From positions 81,283,860 through 81,347,859 of the forward strand of contig JASCQW010000132.1 of NCBI GenBank assembly GCA_030264375.1: a stretch of DNA of 64,000 bases, given 5' to 3'. The notes below the pieces were generated by a model. The model saw nothing but the letters and a program-made list of their open reading frames with translations, made no database searches and was not told where the DNA came from. Below, piece after piece: positions 11,536 to 24,509 of this stretch (within the stretch, counting starts at the first letter, position 1; each line of letters begins with the position of its first letter). The translations under genes were made by a program, and so were the position numbers. Origin of the DNA: Carcharhinus longimanus. Lineage: Eukaryota.

Positions 11536-12254
11536 CTAATAGAGAAAAGGATGACAAAGTCACAAAAACAGTTAAATGTGGGTATAAGCTACAGGCTCAA
11601 TAACACAGCAGAGGCATCAATTTGGACTGTAGTGTTGACTAGGGAAACCATAATATCTCCATTCATTTGGTGAATTATCGTTATCATTTAATTGAACTAT
11701 TTGAGCAATGTGCTTAAGACACAATGAGGTAAAACTGTGTATTCCTAAAGTACTTCTAATGTTTGGACTAATCTCACTACGTAACGCACATGTACAGCGC
11801 TAGTGCAAACAGTCATTTTCATTGCCTGGGTGATAATCTAATGGAGCAGATTATTCAGCTTCTGCAGAATCTGCCAGATTTACATTCTATTGAATTCATT
11901 GCAATAAATGGGATAAACATTGGGTTTGTTATCTAGATTCATGCTGTACTCAGGAGAGATATTAAGCCTTGCCAGTGTTTGTGCAATTGTAATCCAACAA
12001 GGAAACAATCCCAATAGCAGAAGAAGGGAATGGTGGGGGGCTTGGGTGAGAGTTGAGTGGTAGAGAGGGAAATAGTGAGAAAAAGGACATTTAACAAGAA
12101 ATACATAGGTTGACATCTTCCAATCCCACCTGGGTAGGCAGGATGGAAAATTCAGAAAGATGGTCAAACACCCATTGACTTTGGCTGGGGATCTGAAGAT
12201 CCTGGCCATAAGTTTAGGTTTTTCAGAAATTTTTTGACAAGGTTCCTTTTTTTA

Positions 12255-12705
12255 AAAATTATTGGGAGTTGAGTGTTGCTGGCAAGGTCTGCATTTATTG
12301 CCCATTTTTAATTGCCCTTGAGAAGGTGGTGGTGAGTTGCCTTTTTGGGGCATTGCAGTCCATGTGGTGTCAGTACACCCACAGTGCTATCAGGGGAGGC
12401 AGTTCCAGGATTTATTTTCTGTGACAGTGAAGGAATGCCAATATATTTCCAAGTCAGGCTGGTGAGTGGCTTGGAGAGGATCTTGAACTGGTCATATTCC
12501 ATGCATCTGTTGCTCTTGTTTCTCTTGGTGCTAGAGGTTGAAGGTTTGGAATATGTTGAGGAAGGAATTTCTGTTATGGTTGCAGTGCATTTTGTAGGTG
12601 GTACACACTGCTGCCACTGTGCATTGGTGATGGAGTGGATGTTTAATGTGGCGGATAGGGTGTGAATCAAGGGGGTGTTGTGCTTCTTGAGTGTTGTTAG
12701 AACTG
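12255..12705 (-). mobile_element. LINE 3' fragment (CR1/L2 group), related pieces at ~23505-23670 and ~42825-43100
   Basis: Shared gcatttattgccc..aattgcccttgagaaggtggtggtgag..gacagtgaaggaa motif across copies. Confidence 0.6.
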
Positions 12706-12764
12706 AGCTCGACAGACAGGAAAAAGAATTGGGGTTTCCTAGGGATTGTTTCTTGTACATTGGT

Positions 12765-14520
12765 TTCCTTGATATTATATATATGCAAAAGCTGGACACT
12801 GATGGCCAGGGCACAATTTCAAAATTGGCATATGACGCAAAATTGCCAGGGACCTGGGTTTGCTTCCCGGCCTTGGGTCACTGTCTGAGTGGAGTTTGCA
12901 TGTTCTCCCCGTGTTTGCATGAGTTTCCTCCAGTTGCTATAGTTTCCTCCCACACTCCGAAAGACATGCTGGTTAGGGGCATTGGCCATTCTAAATTCTC
13001 CCTCTGTATACCTGAACAGGCGGCGGATTGTGGCGACTGGGGAATTTTCAAAGTAATTTCATTGCAGTGTTAATGTAAGCCTACTTGTGACATTAATAAA
13101 TAAACTTTAAAAAAAATCTGTGAATATTGTGAACTGTGAGGAATATACCAGTAGATTTCAAGTGGATGAAAAGGCTGATGGAATGGTCGGACACATGACA
13201 GATGAAATTCAATGAAAAGAAATGTGAAATAATACATTTTGTTAGGAACAACAAGGAGATGCAATATGAAATAATATATTAAAAATATAAAATAATTCTA
13301 AAGAAAGTGTAAGAAGAGAGCTGGGTATTTGTGTACAAATCATTAAAGGTTGCAGGATAGGTTGAGAAAGTGGTTCAAAATGGATCCTGGTTTTTCTGGG
13401 GAGGGGGTGGTGCAGTGATATTGTCACAGGACTAGTAATCCAGAGACCCAGGGTAATGTCCCGGTTCAAATCCCATCATAGCAGATAGTGAGATCTGATT
13501 TCAATAAATACCTGGAATTAAAAGTCTAATGATGACCGTGAAATCATTGTCGAGTGTTGTAAAAACCCATCTGGTTTACTAATATTTAGGAAAGGAAATG
13601 TGCCGTCCTTACCCGGTCTGGCCCTACCTATGACACCAGATCCAAAGCAATGTGGTTGACTCTTAAATGCTCTCCGAAATGGCCTAGCAAGCCACTCAGT
13701 CCAAGGGCAATTAGGGATGGGCAACGCATGCAGTCTCAGTCAGCACTGTACACCCTCTGAATGAATTTTAAAAAACAGAGACATAGGACAAGATTTTCCG
13801 GCTACACTCTCCCTAAAGCCTGAAAATCTTGCCTGAGATCAACAGATCTTTGCATGGTCCACCCCCTGCCCGTGACGAATGCTGTGGCAGGTGGGACAGG
13901 AAAATTCTATCCATAAAGTATAAAAGCAAGGCTGTTATGATGAGCATTCATAAAACCTAGTTCAGCCCCATTCGGAATATTGTGTCCAATTCTGGACACT
14001 GCAATAAAGGAAGGATATGGAAAAGGTAAATGCGGATGATTCCAGAGATGGAGTCTTCCTGGGGAGGTGGAGGTATTGTCATTGGTCTAGTAATCCAGAG
14101 ACCCAGGTTCGAATCCCACAGTTATGTGGATGGTTTGGAGAAGCTGAGGTGAACATTGAGAGAACATTTGATTGAGGTGTTCCAGATAATGAGAGTCTAG
14201 ACAGAGTAGACAAGGAGCAAATATACCTAACGGTGGAAGGATTGAGAACCATTGGACACCAACATAAGGTGAATGGCAAAAGAACTGATGGCGACAGAGA
14301 TAAACTTCTTCATGCAGTGACTGATTAGAATCTGGAATGCATGGATTGAAAGTTGGTGGAGGCAGGTTCAATCACAGCATTAAAGAAAAAATCACTGGAT
14401 ATGCAGCTGAAAAGATTAAAAGTGCAGGTTAAAGGGGGAAAGGCGGGTGTGGACTAGCTGAGTTGCTCTTGCAGGGAATCGGCATAAGAGGCTGTATGAT
14501 CTTCAGTCCTCCAACCATTC
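12765..14520 (+). mobile_element. Fragmented CR1 LINE interrupted by SINEs (12844-13107, 13408-13770, ~14065-14120) and a MITE (~13787-13912)
   Basis: QGTISKLAYDAK and cagatgaaattcaatg..aaatgtgaa RT motifs continue on both sides of the inserts. Confidence 0.7.
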
Positions 14521-15922
14521 TGTGATAAATAATGAAGAGTTAGAAGTTTGTAATTTGATTTGAAATTTGCTAATAGATAGGAAGGAAAATTATAGAGGTA
14601 ATATTAAATGTAGGTGCAAATTCAACACAACAAATGGGTCAAAGGTGGTTAGGAGAATTAGCCAAAGCATATTTATACAATGTCTACACAATTCCTCATG
14701 AACCTCTTTAGTCTGGTACTACCTCAGATGGATTGAAGAGAAGAATTGCCCTCATTGTGTGTTAATTAAATAGTTGCATGGTGTGCTAATTAGAGGGGAA
14801 AAAAGATCTCTGGAGCTCATAGTAGAAAATAACATGACACTATTGGCATATTATTTAGCTGCAATAAAGATACTAAATAAGGGAAGTGGTGGCATTAGCA
14901 GAGGCTTAGAGATTGCACTGTTTCTGCAGAAGGTGTTGCTCATCCTATCTGGACTGTGTAGTTCCGTGATGTATGTAATTCTGATTACCCAGTCATACAG
15001 AGGATTTTGTTGTTCTTGTGACAGTATGGAGACAAATACTGAGAACGATTCGTGGTATCAGGAATTTAATTTATGAGAAAAGGTTAAAGAAATTCTTTGA
15101 CATAAAAGAGGCTTTGAGTTGATCATAACTATGAAAAAAAAAACATAATTTTAGCTGTACAAATTTGTTCATAAGGGCTTTAGGTTCAAATAACAAGAGA
15201 TGCATGTTAAAATTAGAAAAGCGCAAAACCAATACTTTCTCACTCAAAGGAGAATAGAATTTGAGTAAATTAGAAATATAAATGGCTAATAGAACCATAG
15301 GCAATGTCTTGGGAGAGGAAGGGGTAAGTGATAAGTGAGAAGGCGGGTAGGTAGGCAGAATAGTCTTTTTCTGTTCTGTGGATATTATTAGAGTTTAATT
15401 TTCAAGCTTTCCCCTATTTAATGCAGCCGAACAGATATTTAAGCACCAATGTTGACAGAGGTGGGATTGGGAAGCAGATCATTTTAGTCAGGAAACCTGA
15501 AAGCTGCTTCCGTTATATCTGGAAATGGTCGAGTAGTTGGTGGATTGGAGTCACAGTTGGGATTTTTAAAATTTTATGCACTTCATGACTGAATCGTACG
15601 TTCCTCTGTTAACAAAATGGTAACGATATTCATTTTTAAAATACTGTTAGAGACAAATGCTGCCATTAGTGGACTCACAGATTTAAAAGAAAACTTACTC
15701 ATATCAGAAAATAGCTTAGATTTAATCTTGATGCTAGCCCACTTATTTAGAGCTCTATAATCATCAGTGGCACTGAGTTGTTCTGCAACTTGCTTCAATC
15801 TCTCACGTTTTCCAATCATAGGATTATGTTTCCATAGAACCCAAGCAAGTGGCATTAAATCAATCTATTTTCTAATCTAACACAACAGTTATCCCTCAGA
15901 AAGAACCCAGTCTGGGTGTTAC

Positions 15923-16010
15923 CTTTCAGCAGAAGAGGCATGAATGGAATCTTTGGTGGCTGCATCTCTTTGAAAGCGTCTCTGTATGCTTTATGATTCA
16001 GAGATGGATC
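15923..16010 (-). CDS. RAPGEF5: RAPGEF5-like exon: [29 protein letters not shown](D)
   Basis: Near-identical to recalled RAPGEF5 '[30 protein letters not shown]'. tcacag acceptor, gtaaca donor, 88 nt. Confidence 0.95.
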
Positions 16011-16204
16011 CTGTGAAATGGTGAAAAATGTGCTTAATACAAAAAAAATGCGCTGATAAAAACTATGCAGCTTTAATAAACCATTGGCGTTTTCTGCCAT
16101 TCAGCTTTCATAAAAACAGAATAACGTTCCTGCTCATGTATTCTTTGCCTTGGCTAATAGAGGAAGAAATTCCATACACCTTCTTATAAATCACTATCTT
16201 CTCA

Positions 16205-16870
16205 CGAGTAAAAGAGCTTACATTTGTCTAGCACCTTTCCTGACCTGAGGATATATCACAGCATTTCACAGCCAAGGCAAGAGCAAAATAATGCAGGTGC
16301 TGGAATCTGAAACAAAAACAGAAAATGCTGGAAAAATCTCAGCAGGTCTGACTCCACCTGTGGGAAGAGAATAGAGGCAATGTTTCAAATCTAAATGACC
16401 ATTCGTCACAACAGCTCTGACAAAAGGTCATCTAGACTTGAAAAGTTGGCTCTACTCTATCCCCACAGATGCTGTCAGACCTGCTGAGATTTTCCAGTAT
16501 TTTCTGTTTTTATTTCACAGCCAATGATGTGCTTTTAAACTATAGTTATTGTTTTAATGTAGGAAACACAGCAGCCAATTTGCACAAGTAAGATCCCATA
16601 AAAAATGAAATAATCGATCATATCATTGGTTGGATGGAGGAAAGATAATGGCTCAGCCGCTGGGAGAACTGCCCCACCTTTCCTCACGTGGTGCCATAGA
16701 ATCCTTTGCGTCTAACTGAGGCTATAATCAGGACCTAAGTTTCATTTGAAAGATGGTAACTCCAACACTGCATCACTCCCTCAGTATTGAACTGAAGTGT
16801 CAGCAGATTATATGCTCATATCTCTGAAGTGCATATTGTGTCTTATGACCTTCTACGACAGAGATGAATG
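16205..16870 (-). mobile_element. DeuSINE-like copy with a palindromic Penelope-related insertion (16283-16512)
   Basis: Reverse complement of the 1675 element motifs. The insert is a long hairpin atctcagcaggtctgac...gtcagacctgctgagat. Confidence 0.6.
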
Positions 16871-17105
16871 TATCATCATCAAGTCAAACAGGACTTATAT
16901 TTCATCATGGAACTACACCCATCAATGCATATTAGGAATTTGAGCATGGAGGATAGAAAACCCTGAATGATTTATCTTCCATTCATTTTCTTGGCATCTG
17001 AAATCCCAACATGTGAAACTTTACATTGGAAATGTAAATTCATGAAATGACTCCAAAAATGGTGTCCTGAAAACTGTAAATATTACCAAGTGTACTGGCA
17101 CTTAC

Positions 17106-17156
17106 TGTTAAATGCTCAAGTTCAGAGAACAGCTTCTTAAATTTCCCAGGCACCTT
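17106..17156 (-). CDS. RAPGEF5: RAPGEF5-like exon: KVPGKFKKLFSELEHLT
   Basis: Matches 'KIPGKFKKLFSELESLT'. ccttag acceptor, gtaagt donor, 51 nt. Not in the ORF track. Confidence 0.95.
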
Positions 17157-17329
17157 CTAAGGAAGAAACAAAGCAATGTGAATAAGAATACTCTCTTTCA
17201 ATAATATCTCATAAGTACAATGTCTACATAAATAACAAGCAGTTGTTCTCCCCCCAAGGAATATTTTCCAAATGGTGAAAAGGTAGAATCAGAAGAGGTT
17301 CAAAAAAACCTGAAAGTTCATGTATAAAA

Positions 17330-17545
17330 ATCATTCAAGTGCCAATAGCTGATATAGAAATAATCAAAAAGACTAATGGAATGCTGGCCTTTATGTTGCA
17401 AAACCAGAATACAAGGACTTAGAAGTCATGCGTCAGCTATACAAAGATCTGCTTAGACCATACCTGGAGTACAGTGAGAAGTTATGTGCTCTACACTTCA
17501 AGAGGGTGTCTGCCCCTTGGAAGGGATTTACTAGAATGAGACTTG
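17330..17545 (+). mobile_element. Old CR1 fragment
   Basis: LYKDLLRPYLEY resembles CR1 LYKxLVRPHLEY. Confidence 0.7.
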
Positions 17546-18924
17546 CAGGGCCAGATTTTTGTCTCCAATTGGAGGTGGGAATCAGTGTTTTTTTTGGAGG
17601 CGGACCAATTTTTCTCTGTCTTCCCAACACTGCACTATTCTTGTGTGGCCTTTGCAGAGGTCAGGAAGGCCTAGTGTGAAAAATGTAAACGCATCTCTTC
17701 TGAGCATGGGGTTGCCATTGCGAGGACCATAAGAAAAATTACATTTTTTCTGACACACTTTTATACAGTGGTGTGTGGTTTTGAAAGCCCTAAAAACATG
17801 TTTCCTTAGAGAGGTGATGACCGCTGGAAGAAGCCTGCTGCAGAGTCAGAAACATTCTGACAATTAAGCATAAAATATTTTGACATCTTTACTTATCACT
17901 AATAGATGTTGTATTGTAATATAAGTGCATTTCTAATGGAATGATTAGTCACAGGGACCTGTCCTGCAAGGTAAGTTGACTCTTACGTTGACCAGTATTG
18001 CGTATTTGTTGTTATACATTGTAGTAATATTCCAATTGTCAAAAGTGCCATGATGCATTCAAAATGTAAAAAAAAGTTTTCTGCTATAATTTAAATTGGC
18101 TGACAACACTGCCATAAAAAAAACTTTTGAAAGTCGAAACAAATCTCTGCATCTACTCCCATCCATTGATTGAAAAGTACTTTGTTTTGCAATGGAGATG
18201 GGACACTATTCTGTTCGGTCAATTTCAGGAAATGTAAGCAAGTTTTTCTTATGATAGCTGCAACCAATATAAATGCTTGGCTGGGTTTCAAAATGTGTCA
18301 ACGGCTTCAGCTCAAAGTGATCTATTGATCCAAGAGTGATTGATAATTTTAAGAGGCTGCAATAACAAATACGCCTTTGATGTGGTTTCTTGTTTGTTTA
18401 CAAACCTAATGGGCACTTAAAGCATTACAATTTATTTTACAATGGAATAGTTTATTTTTCTTTTCAGTATCAATTATAATGTGTTTAAATTTAGGGTTTT
18501 ATTAGAGCGTTACAGATTTTTCCCCAATGATTTAAAAACAATTCCCACTGTTACTACATGCCTCATGAGAACTTTATATAGTGGATGTAACTCTGGAATA
18601 TACATGACGGCTTGGAGATGCCATGTCGTATCTGAGAGGGCCTAGGTTGACACGGGAGTGGGTAGGGTTAAGTGGGCATGGGATTGCCATAGGTTATCTG
18701 AATGGAATGGGGCACTTTAAACAATGTTGGGAACCAGTTGCTGTATTACTAAACCAGAATGGATCTACTAACTGGTCTGCCTCCACATTTACACTCTTCA
18801 TGCACTCCATTGTGGCTTGCAAAATACACTGTGAACCCAACCCATGTGCAAAGACAAAAATCCCTGGCAAAGTCACAAGTAGGTTTACATTTTGGAAGAT
18901 GCAGTTTTGCACAGGTTAGGTTTT

Positions 18925-19285
18925 CCCAAGCTCAAGGTTTTCCTGGACTGCAATTGTTAAATTATGGGGAGAGATTATATGATCTGAAATTTAGAAGGTT
19001 AAGGGTGATAGGATTGAAGGCTCCATGATATTAAAGGGAATATGTAAGGTAAAGTGGAAGAAGATATTTCCCCTTTTTAGGGAGCCTAGAAGTCTAAAAA
19101 TTAGAGCTTGACCTGTTAGGAGTGAAATTAGGGAATGTATTTAAAGGGAGATAGAAACTGGGTAGTCTCTTTCCACAAAAGGCAGTTGATGCTGCATAAA
19201 TTATAAATTCAAAATCTAAAACTGACAGTAAAATATAAGGCAAAGGTGAGTATATGGAGTTGCGGTACAAATCAGGCATGGTCTC
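18925..19285 (+). mobile_element. Old CR1 3' fragment
   Basis: attatggggagagatta..tttagaaggttaagggtga..aggagtgaaattagg, likely continuing the 17330 fragment. Confidence 0.55.
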
Positions 19286-19289
19286 ATTA

Positions 19290-19598
19290 TAGAATCATAG
19301 AATCCTACAGTACAGAAGAAGGTCATTCAGCCCATTGAGAGCCTGCAATGACCTGACCCTATCCCCATAACTCCATGCATTTACCCTAGCTAACCGCCTG
19401 ACACTAAGGGGCAATCTAGCATGGCTAATCCACCTAACCCAGCACATCTTCAGACTGTGGGACACAACCGGAGGACCTGGAGGAAACCCATGCAGACATG
19501 GGGAGAATGTGCAACACAGTGACCCAAGCCCAGAATTGAACCTGGGTCCCTGGCATTGTGAGGCTGCTGTGCTAACCGCTGTGTCACTGTGCCATCCC
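19290..19598 (-). mobile_element. HE1-like SINE
   Basis: Reverse copy with (atagaatc)n tail. Confidence 0.85.
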
Positions 19599-20676
19599 AA
19601 TCAGGGAGTTTCTGCTGATATTAGCGACAAGATCACATTCACATTTTACCTTCCATTTCTCAACAGAACTTTGGAAGTGTGATTTCTGCCTCAATCAAGC
19701 CAGATTATTATTGCTGATTACTTCATCCATCAGATTCAAGATATTTAAGTGTGGAATACTGACATGCTACAGGCAATTCTGACTATCTTTGTGCTTGCAG
19801 GGGAAATATTTTTTACTCTGTTCTTTGATGCTTTCTATTATAATGGCCATGTTGTGCATGGAACAGGGAGGTTCTGGGTGAATGTGGTAACAAGTCTGTA
19901 ATTTCGAAAGCCCGGGTAGTTTCTACCAATATTAGTGACAGGATCACATTCACGTTTTACCTTCCATTTCTCAACAAAAGTGTGATTTCAACTGATATTG
20001 AAGCATACAACCTTGCCAAGACTGGTCACAGGCACACCTCTTGACTCAGACCCGAAGAATGTAAGCAGGCATTTGTGCAGTGTAATGGGCTGCATTCCCT
20101 GATTTTAAATATTAACGAGTGGAGAAAGCATCAATTTAACATCAAAGCTGAAACTGGAACTGTGAAATTGAAATCAAATTGCGATTCTTCCTCACAAGAG
20201 TCCAAAAGACTTTTCCCCAAATCATCTTGACATCATGTCAAACTTATTTTTATGAAAAAAAAGCCAGGTTAAATTGCTAAGATATAAAAGTTATCCAAAG
20301 AATAGCGAATTGATTCCATGGAAATAATGAAAACTTGTAGTGTTTAGACAGCAAGCAGAAGTCCAAAAGTGATTGAAAATTTGGACAGAGCATTTTGCGC
20401 TTTCATCAGTTAAAGGCATACAATTAATTTGTGTAACTGACTGCTGCCTGTCTGTGCCCCTCCAAAGCTTTCTACCATAAAGCAATAGGTCAGGTATAAT
20501 TGCGCTCCCACTGCTGGTATATCTTTATATGTAAATAAGGTTAGATACTGACACCACTCTATGACTCATCCTAATTTCCCATAATGTTACATTGATTTCT
20601 ATTTTCTTATGTTTGCACAAGGTCTCACATTCCTGATGACAATAATTTAAGTATTTTAATTCAATTCTCTCCTTAC

Positions 20677-20767
20677 CTCCCATGTCTGAGAGAGACGGCA
20701 AATGGCAGCACTGTTGAGACCCATGATAATGGCGAAGAAAGAGTTAAGGTTCCTCAATGCTCTGCAG
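20677..20767 (-). CDS. RAPGEF5: RAPGEF5-like exon: CRALRNLNSFFAIIMGLNSAAICRLSQTWE
   Basis: Conserved CDC25 block NLNSFFAI.MGL..RLSQTWE. cccag acceptor, gtaagg donor, 91 nt. Confidence 0.95.
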
Positions 20768-21216
20768 CTGGGAATTAGAAGAGATTTCAGTTTAAACTGT
20801 AGTAGAATTAAAAAGTTCATATCATGCACAAAGACCAATATATACTGCAAACTGCTCACAGAATAAGGACGTGTTGTCTGCTGTCCATTACCTTACCGTC
20901 ACACACAACTGGCATGTTAAAATTAGTGCAGACATTTTTTCCTATCTTAACTTTCTCTCTCTCACCCATTACAATAGGTTCCTCATGTGGCAAGAGTAAA
21001 AAATGTTTTTTGTTCCTGATTCTTTGAAATGGGATCTCAAATTCTCTTTATAGCTTACTATTCAATTTTGTTTCTATGTCACATGCAAAGCATCAGGTCA
21101 TACACTGATCTGGAGTTACTTCAGAATTATGTTTCAGTACATAATAGGCACATATTTATTTAAACTCATCACCATCTTGATATAACGAAGACTGCTCTCA
21201 TTAGATGTTATTATAA

Positions 21217-21667
21217 TAGAATCAAAGAATTCCCTACAGTGCAGAAGGATGCTATTCAGCCCATTAAGTCTGCACCGAGTCTTCATCAGAGCATCTTACC
21301 CAAGCCCTATTCCCGTACCACATATTTATCCCGCTAATCCACCTAACCTACACATCTTTGGACACTCAGGGCAATTCAGCATGGCCAATCCACCTAACCT
21401 ACATACCTTTGGACATTCAGGGACAATTTAGCATGGCTAATCCACCTAACCTGCACATGTTTGGACTGATGGAAGAAACTGGAGCACCCAGAGAAAACCC
21501 ATGCAGGCACATGGAGAACGTGCAAACTCCACACAGAAAATACCGAGGCTGGAATTGAATCCAGGTCCTTGACACTGTGAGGCAGCAGTATAAGAACATA
21601 AGAACATAAGAAATAGGAGCAGGAGTCGGCCATCTGGCCCTTCGAGCCTGCCCTGCCATTCAATAAG
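21217..21667 (-). mobile_element. HE1-like SINE with extra internal ~51-bp unit, abutted by a CR1 3' tail (21590-21667)
   Basis: gc(t/c)aatccacctaacc at 21333, 21383 and 21435. Tail aagaacataagaacataagaaataggagcagg. Confidence 0.8.
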
Positions 21668-21964
21668 NNNNNNNNNNNNNNNNNNNNNNNNNNNNNNNNN
21701 NNNNNNNNNNNNNNNNNNNNNNNNNNNNNNNNNNNNNNNNNNNNNNNNNNNNNNNNNNNNNNNNNNNNNNNNNNNNNNNNNNNNNNNNNNNNNNNNNNNN
21801 NNNNNNNNNNNNNNNNNNNNNNNNNNNNNNNTAACTAGACTCACATACAGAAACCAGCTAGTTATAGATTGCTGAGGATCTTCTTCCTTAGACTAATTCT
21901 GCTCAATTTAAATCAGACCAGCTGGAAAATTATGTAAGTGTAAAACAGGTTTTGCTAAACATGC

Positions 21965-22125
21965 AATTTAGAATGGCCAATCCACCTAACCTGCACATTT
22001 TTGGACTGTGGGAAGAAACCAGAACACCTGGAGGAAACCCACAATGAGAAAGTGCAAACTTCACCCAGACAGTTACCCAGGGCTGGAATTAAACCTGGGT
22101 CCCTGGTGCTAACCACTGTGCCACT
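21965..22125 (-). mobile_element. HE1-like SINE fragment
   Basis: Core ggccaatccacctaacctgcac and head gctaaccactgtgcca. Confidence 0.75.
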
Positions 22126-23912
22126 GGGTAATTCTATGCTGAATACTGAAGAAGGCTTTCTGCTGGATTTATCTCAGAGTATTGGATGATGTTTGGGAAA
22201 AGGGGTGCTTCTCAGAGTTCAGGAAACATAGATAGTTAGGAAAAAGGGTTAATTTCATGAGATACTGTGGGTGAACAGCAATTAGTGTAGTTAAGTGCAC
22301 TATTGTAGTGTACTATAAAGTCTTTCTTCCTGTATATTTTCTTTTAAATTAATACATATTCTTAATTAATTGATCACAAAACAATTGGACTGTTCCTCCC
22401 TGGTTTGCATATCTTTTTTCACAGTATACCAAATTGAAAATATACACCACTAACAACCGGTATTCCAAGTTAGCTTTCTGGCTTTGGGATACCCTCACAT
22501 GCAACATCAGGGGGGGTTCATAACAGTACAACATCAGAAGCCAAATATTTTTACGACTGCACCATCAAAATTAATCAACATTTAATCTCTTGGATCTCCA
22601 TGGTACCTTTCCTTTTTGCACCTTTGTGAATATGGTTCTAATATATTGGATCTCAACAACATTTTTCTTCTGGAGATTTTGATATTCTGTAAGTGAGCAA
22701 TTCGATTAAAAAGAAACAAGCCTTTTGTTTTTTTTAAACAGAATTCTCAGAGTAAATGAGAAAAAACCTGTGGAAGTAAGCAATAAATTAATTCCCCTCT
22801 TGGGTGGTAATTCATGCCAGTGAAATATAAAACAATAATCTATCCATGTAATGAATTATCACTTGAGGAGTTAGTATAATGTTCCAGTAATAAATCAAAC
22901 ACCCCCTTAGTATCCCAGGACTCATTTCCATTCATGGTATAAGCAAAATTGTTCTCTAGTGACCATGAGTTTCTTTCACTTGTGTTAAAGACTCCATTAT
23001 AAGTCTCTCAGAATGCTCCTCCAAGGGCTAATAAACAAGCTGCAGAAAGAGCCTCATCATCAGTATAGCTCTCAAGGCTCAAAGTATTCAGAGAAACATT
23101 CACTAAATTTACTGCACTCCTTTTTTCTGTTTAGTTCATGGGTGCTGGCAATGTCATTGGTGAGGCTGGCTTGTTAGTGTGGCTATCCCAACAGAAGACG
23201 GGATCTGAATTTGCATTGCAGATATTATTAATAAACACAACATCTTCCAGCAACTATCAGTTCAGCTGCATGCATGTTAGTTACATTTGCTTGTGCTACA
23301 CGGCTCAATAAGTCTCTTGAGACAAATATCCTATTTAGAACAGAACTCCCTCTTTGTATGCAAATAGAAAGATAATTATGTTACAGTTCATTATTTTTCA
23401 GCTGTATTTTTAAAATAATGCTTCTGGATGGCTCCATCATTATTGCAAAAGGTGTCATAAATCTTCATAAGTTTCTCCACTATTAAGAAAGTCATAATTT
23501 TAAAAATTCTTTCACAGGACGTGGGTGTCACTGGTTAGGTCAGCATTTATTACTCATTCCTAATTACCCTTGCAAAGGTGGTAGTGAGCTGTTTTTTTGA
23601 ACTGCTGCACTCCATGTGATGTAGAGAGGGACTTTCAGAACTTTGACCCAGTGACAGTGAAGGAACAACATTTCGCAAACTCAACTTTGCAAATTTTATC
23701 AAAATGTGTGGTTAGGTACTTTGTGTGTGGTGTAATGAAAATGGTGAAAAGTTCTTGCTCCCTAGCCAAAGAAAAGCTTTCTGAACACAGACCTCAAGGA
23801 CAGTGTCCCTTTGAGTGCTGCAGATGTGTCCTGGAAACGCTGTGACCTTGGGATTGCTATTGTTTTTCAATCCCTCCATGACCTATTTATACAAAGTGTC
23901 ATTTTCACTTAC

Positions 23913-24082
23913 TGAGCAGCAACCTTGATGAATTTTTTGACAAGCTGCACCCGTTTGGACAGCTGGTTGCAGAGGAGGATTTCAGTAGCAACCCACAGTT
24001 GAACCTCATTGCACCGCTGAAGCAGAAAGTCAAGGTTGGCAGTGGTGCTCCCTCTGCGGAATGTGTAATATATCAGTTCCTG
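23913..24082 (-). CDS. RAPGEF5: RAPGEF5-like exon: [56 protein letters not shown](H)
   Basis: Close to recalled RAPGEF5 '[36 protein letters not shown]'. 170 nt, NAGNAG acceptor, gtaagt donor. Confidence 0.95.
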
Positions 24083-24509
24083 CTGTGAAGGAAACACAAA
24101 CAAAGGAAGTCTGTGCATGCCCTTATGTTAACAATGTATGTACTCATCAGAACTTTCTGCTATTTAATGTAAGAAACCAACAGAGGTGAGAGGTATCTGC
24201 ATATTCATTCTCCTTTAACCCAGATCAAAGAATCTCCATTGTGCAAAGGCCATTTGGCTCATCCCTGTAACCACACTGATTTTACCTGGCTAATCCCCCT
24301 AACATATATATATCTTGGGACACTAAGGGGCAATTTAGCATGGCCAACCCACCTAATCTTTGTTACAAATTTTGCCACTCCGCCTGTCACACCCATCGAT
24401 CACTGCCTCAAACACTCTTGTGAACCTTTCTCGATCCCGACAGCACCATCCTCCCACATGTTACAAGCGAATCATGCTCACAGATTGAGCGGAAGTGTGC
24501 CACAAAGTG

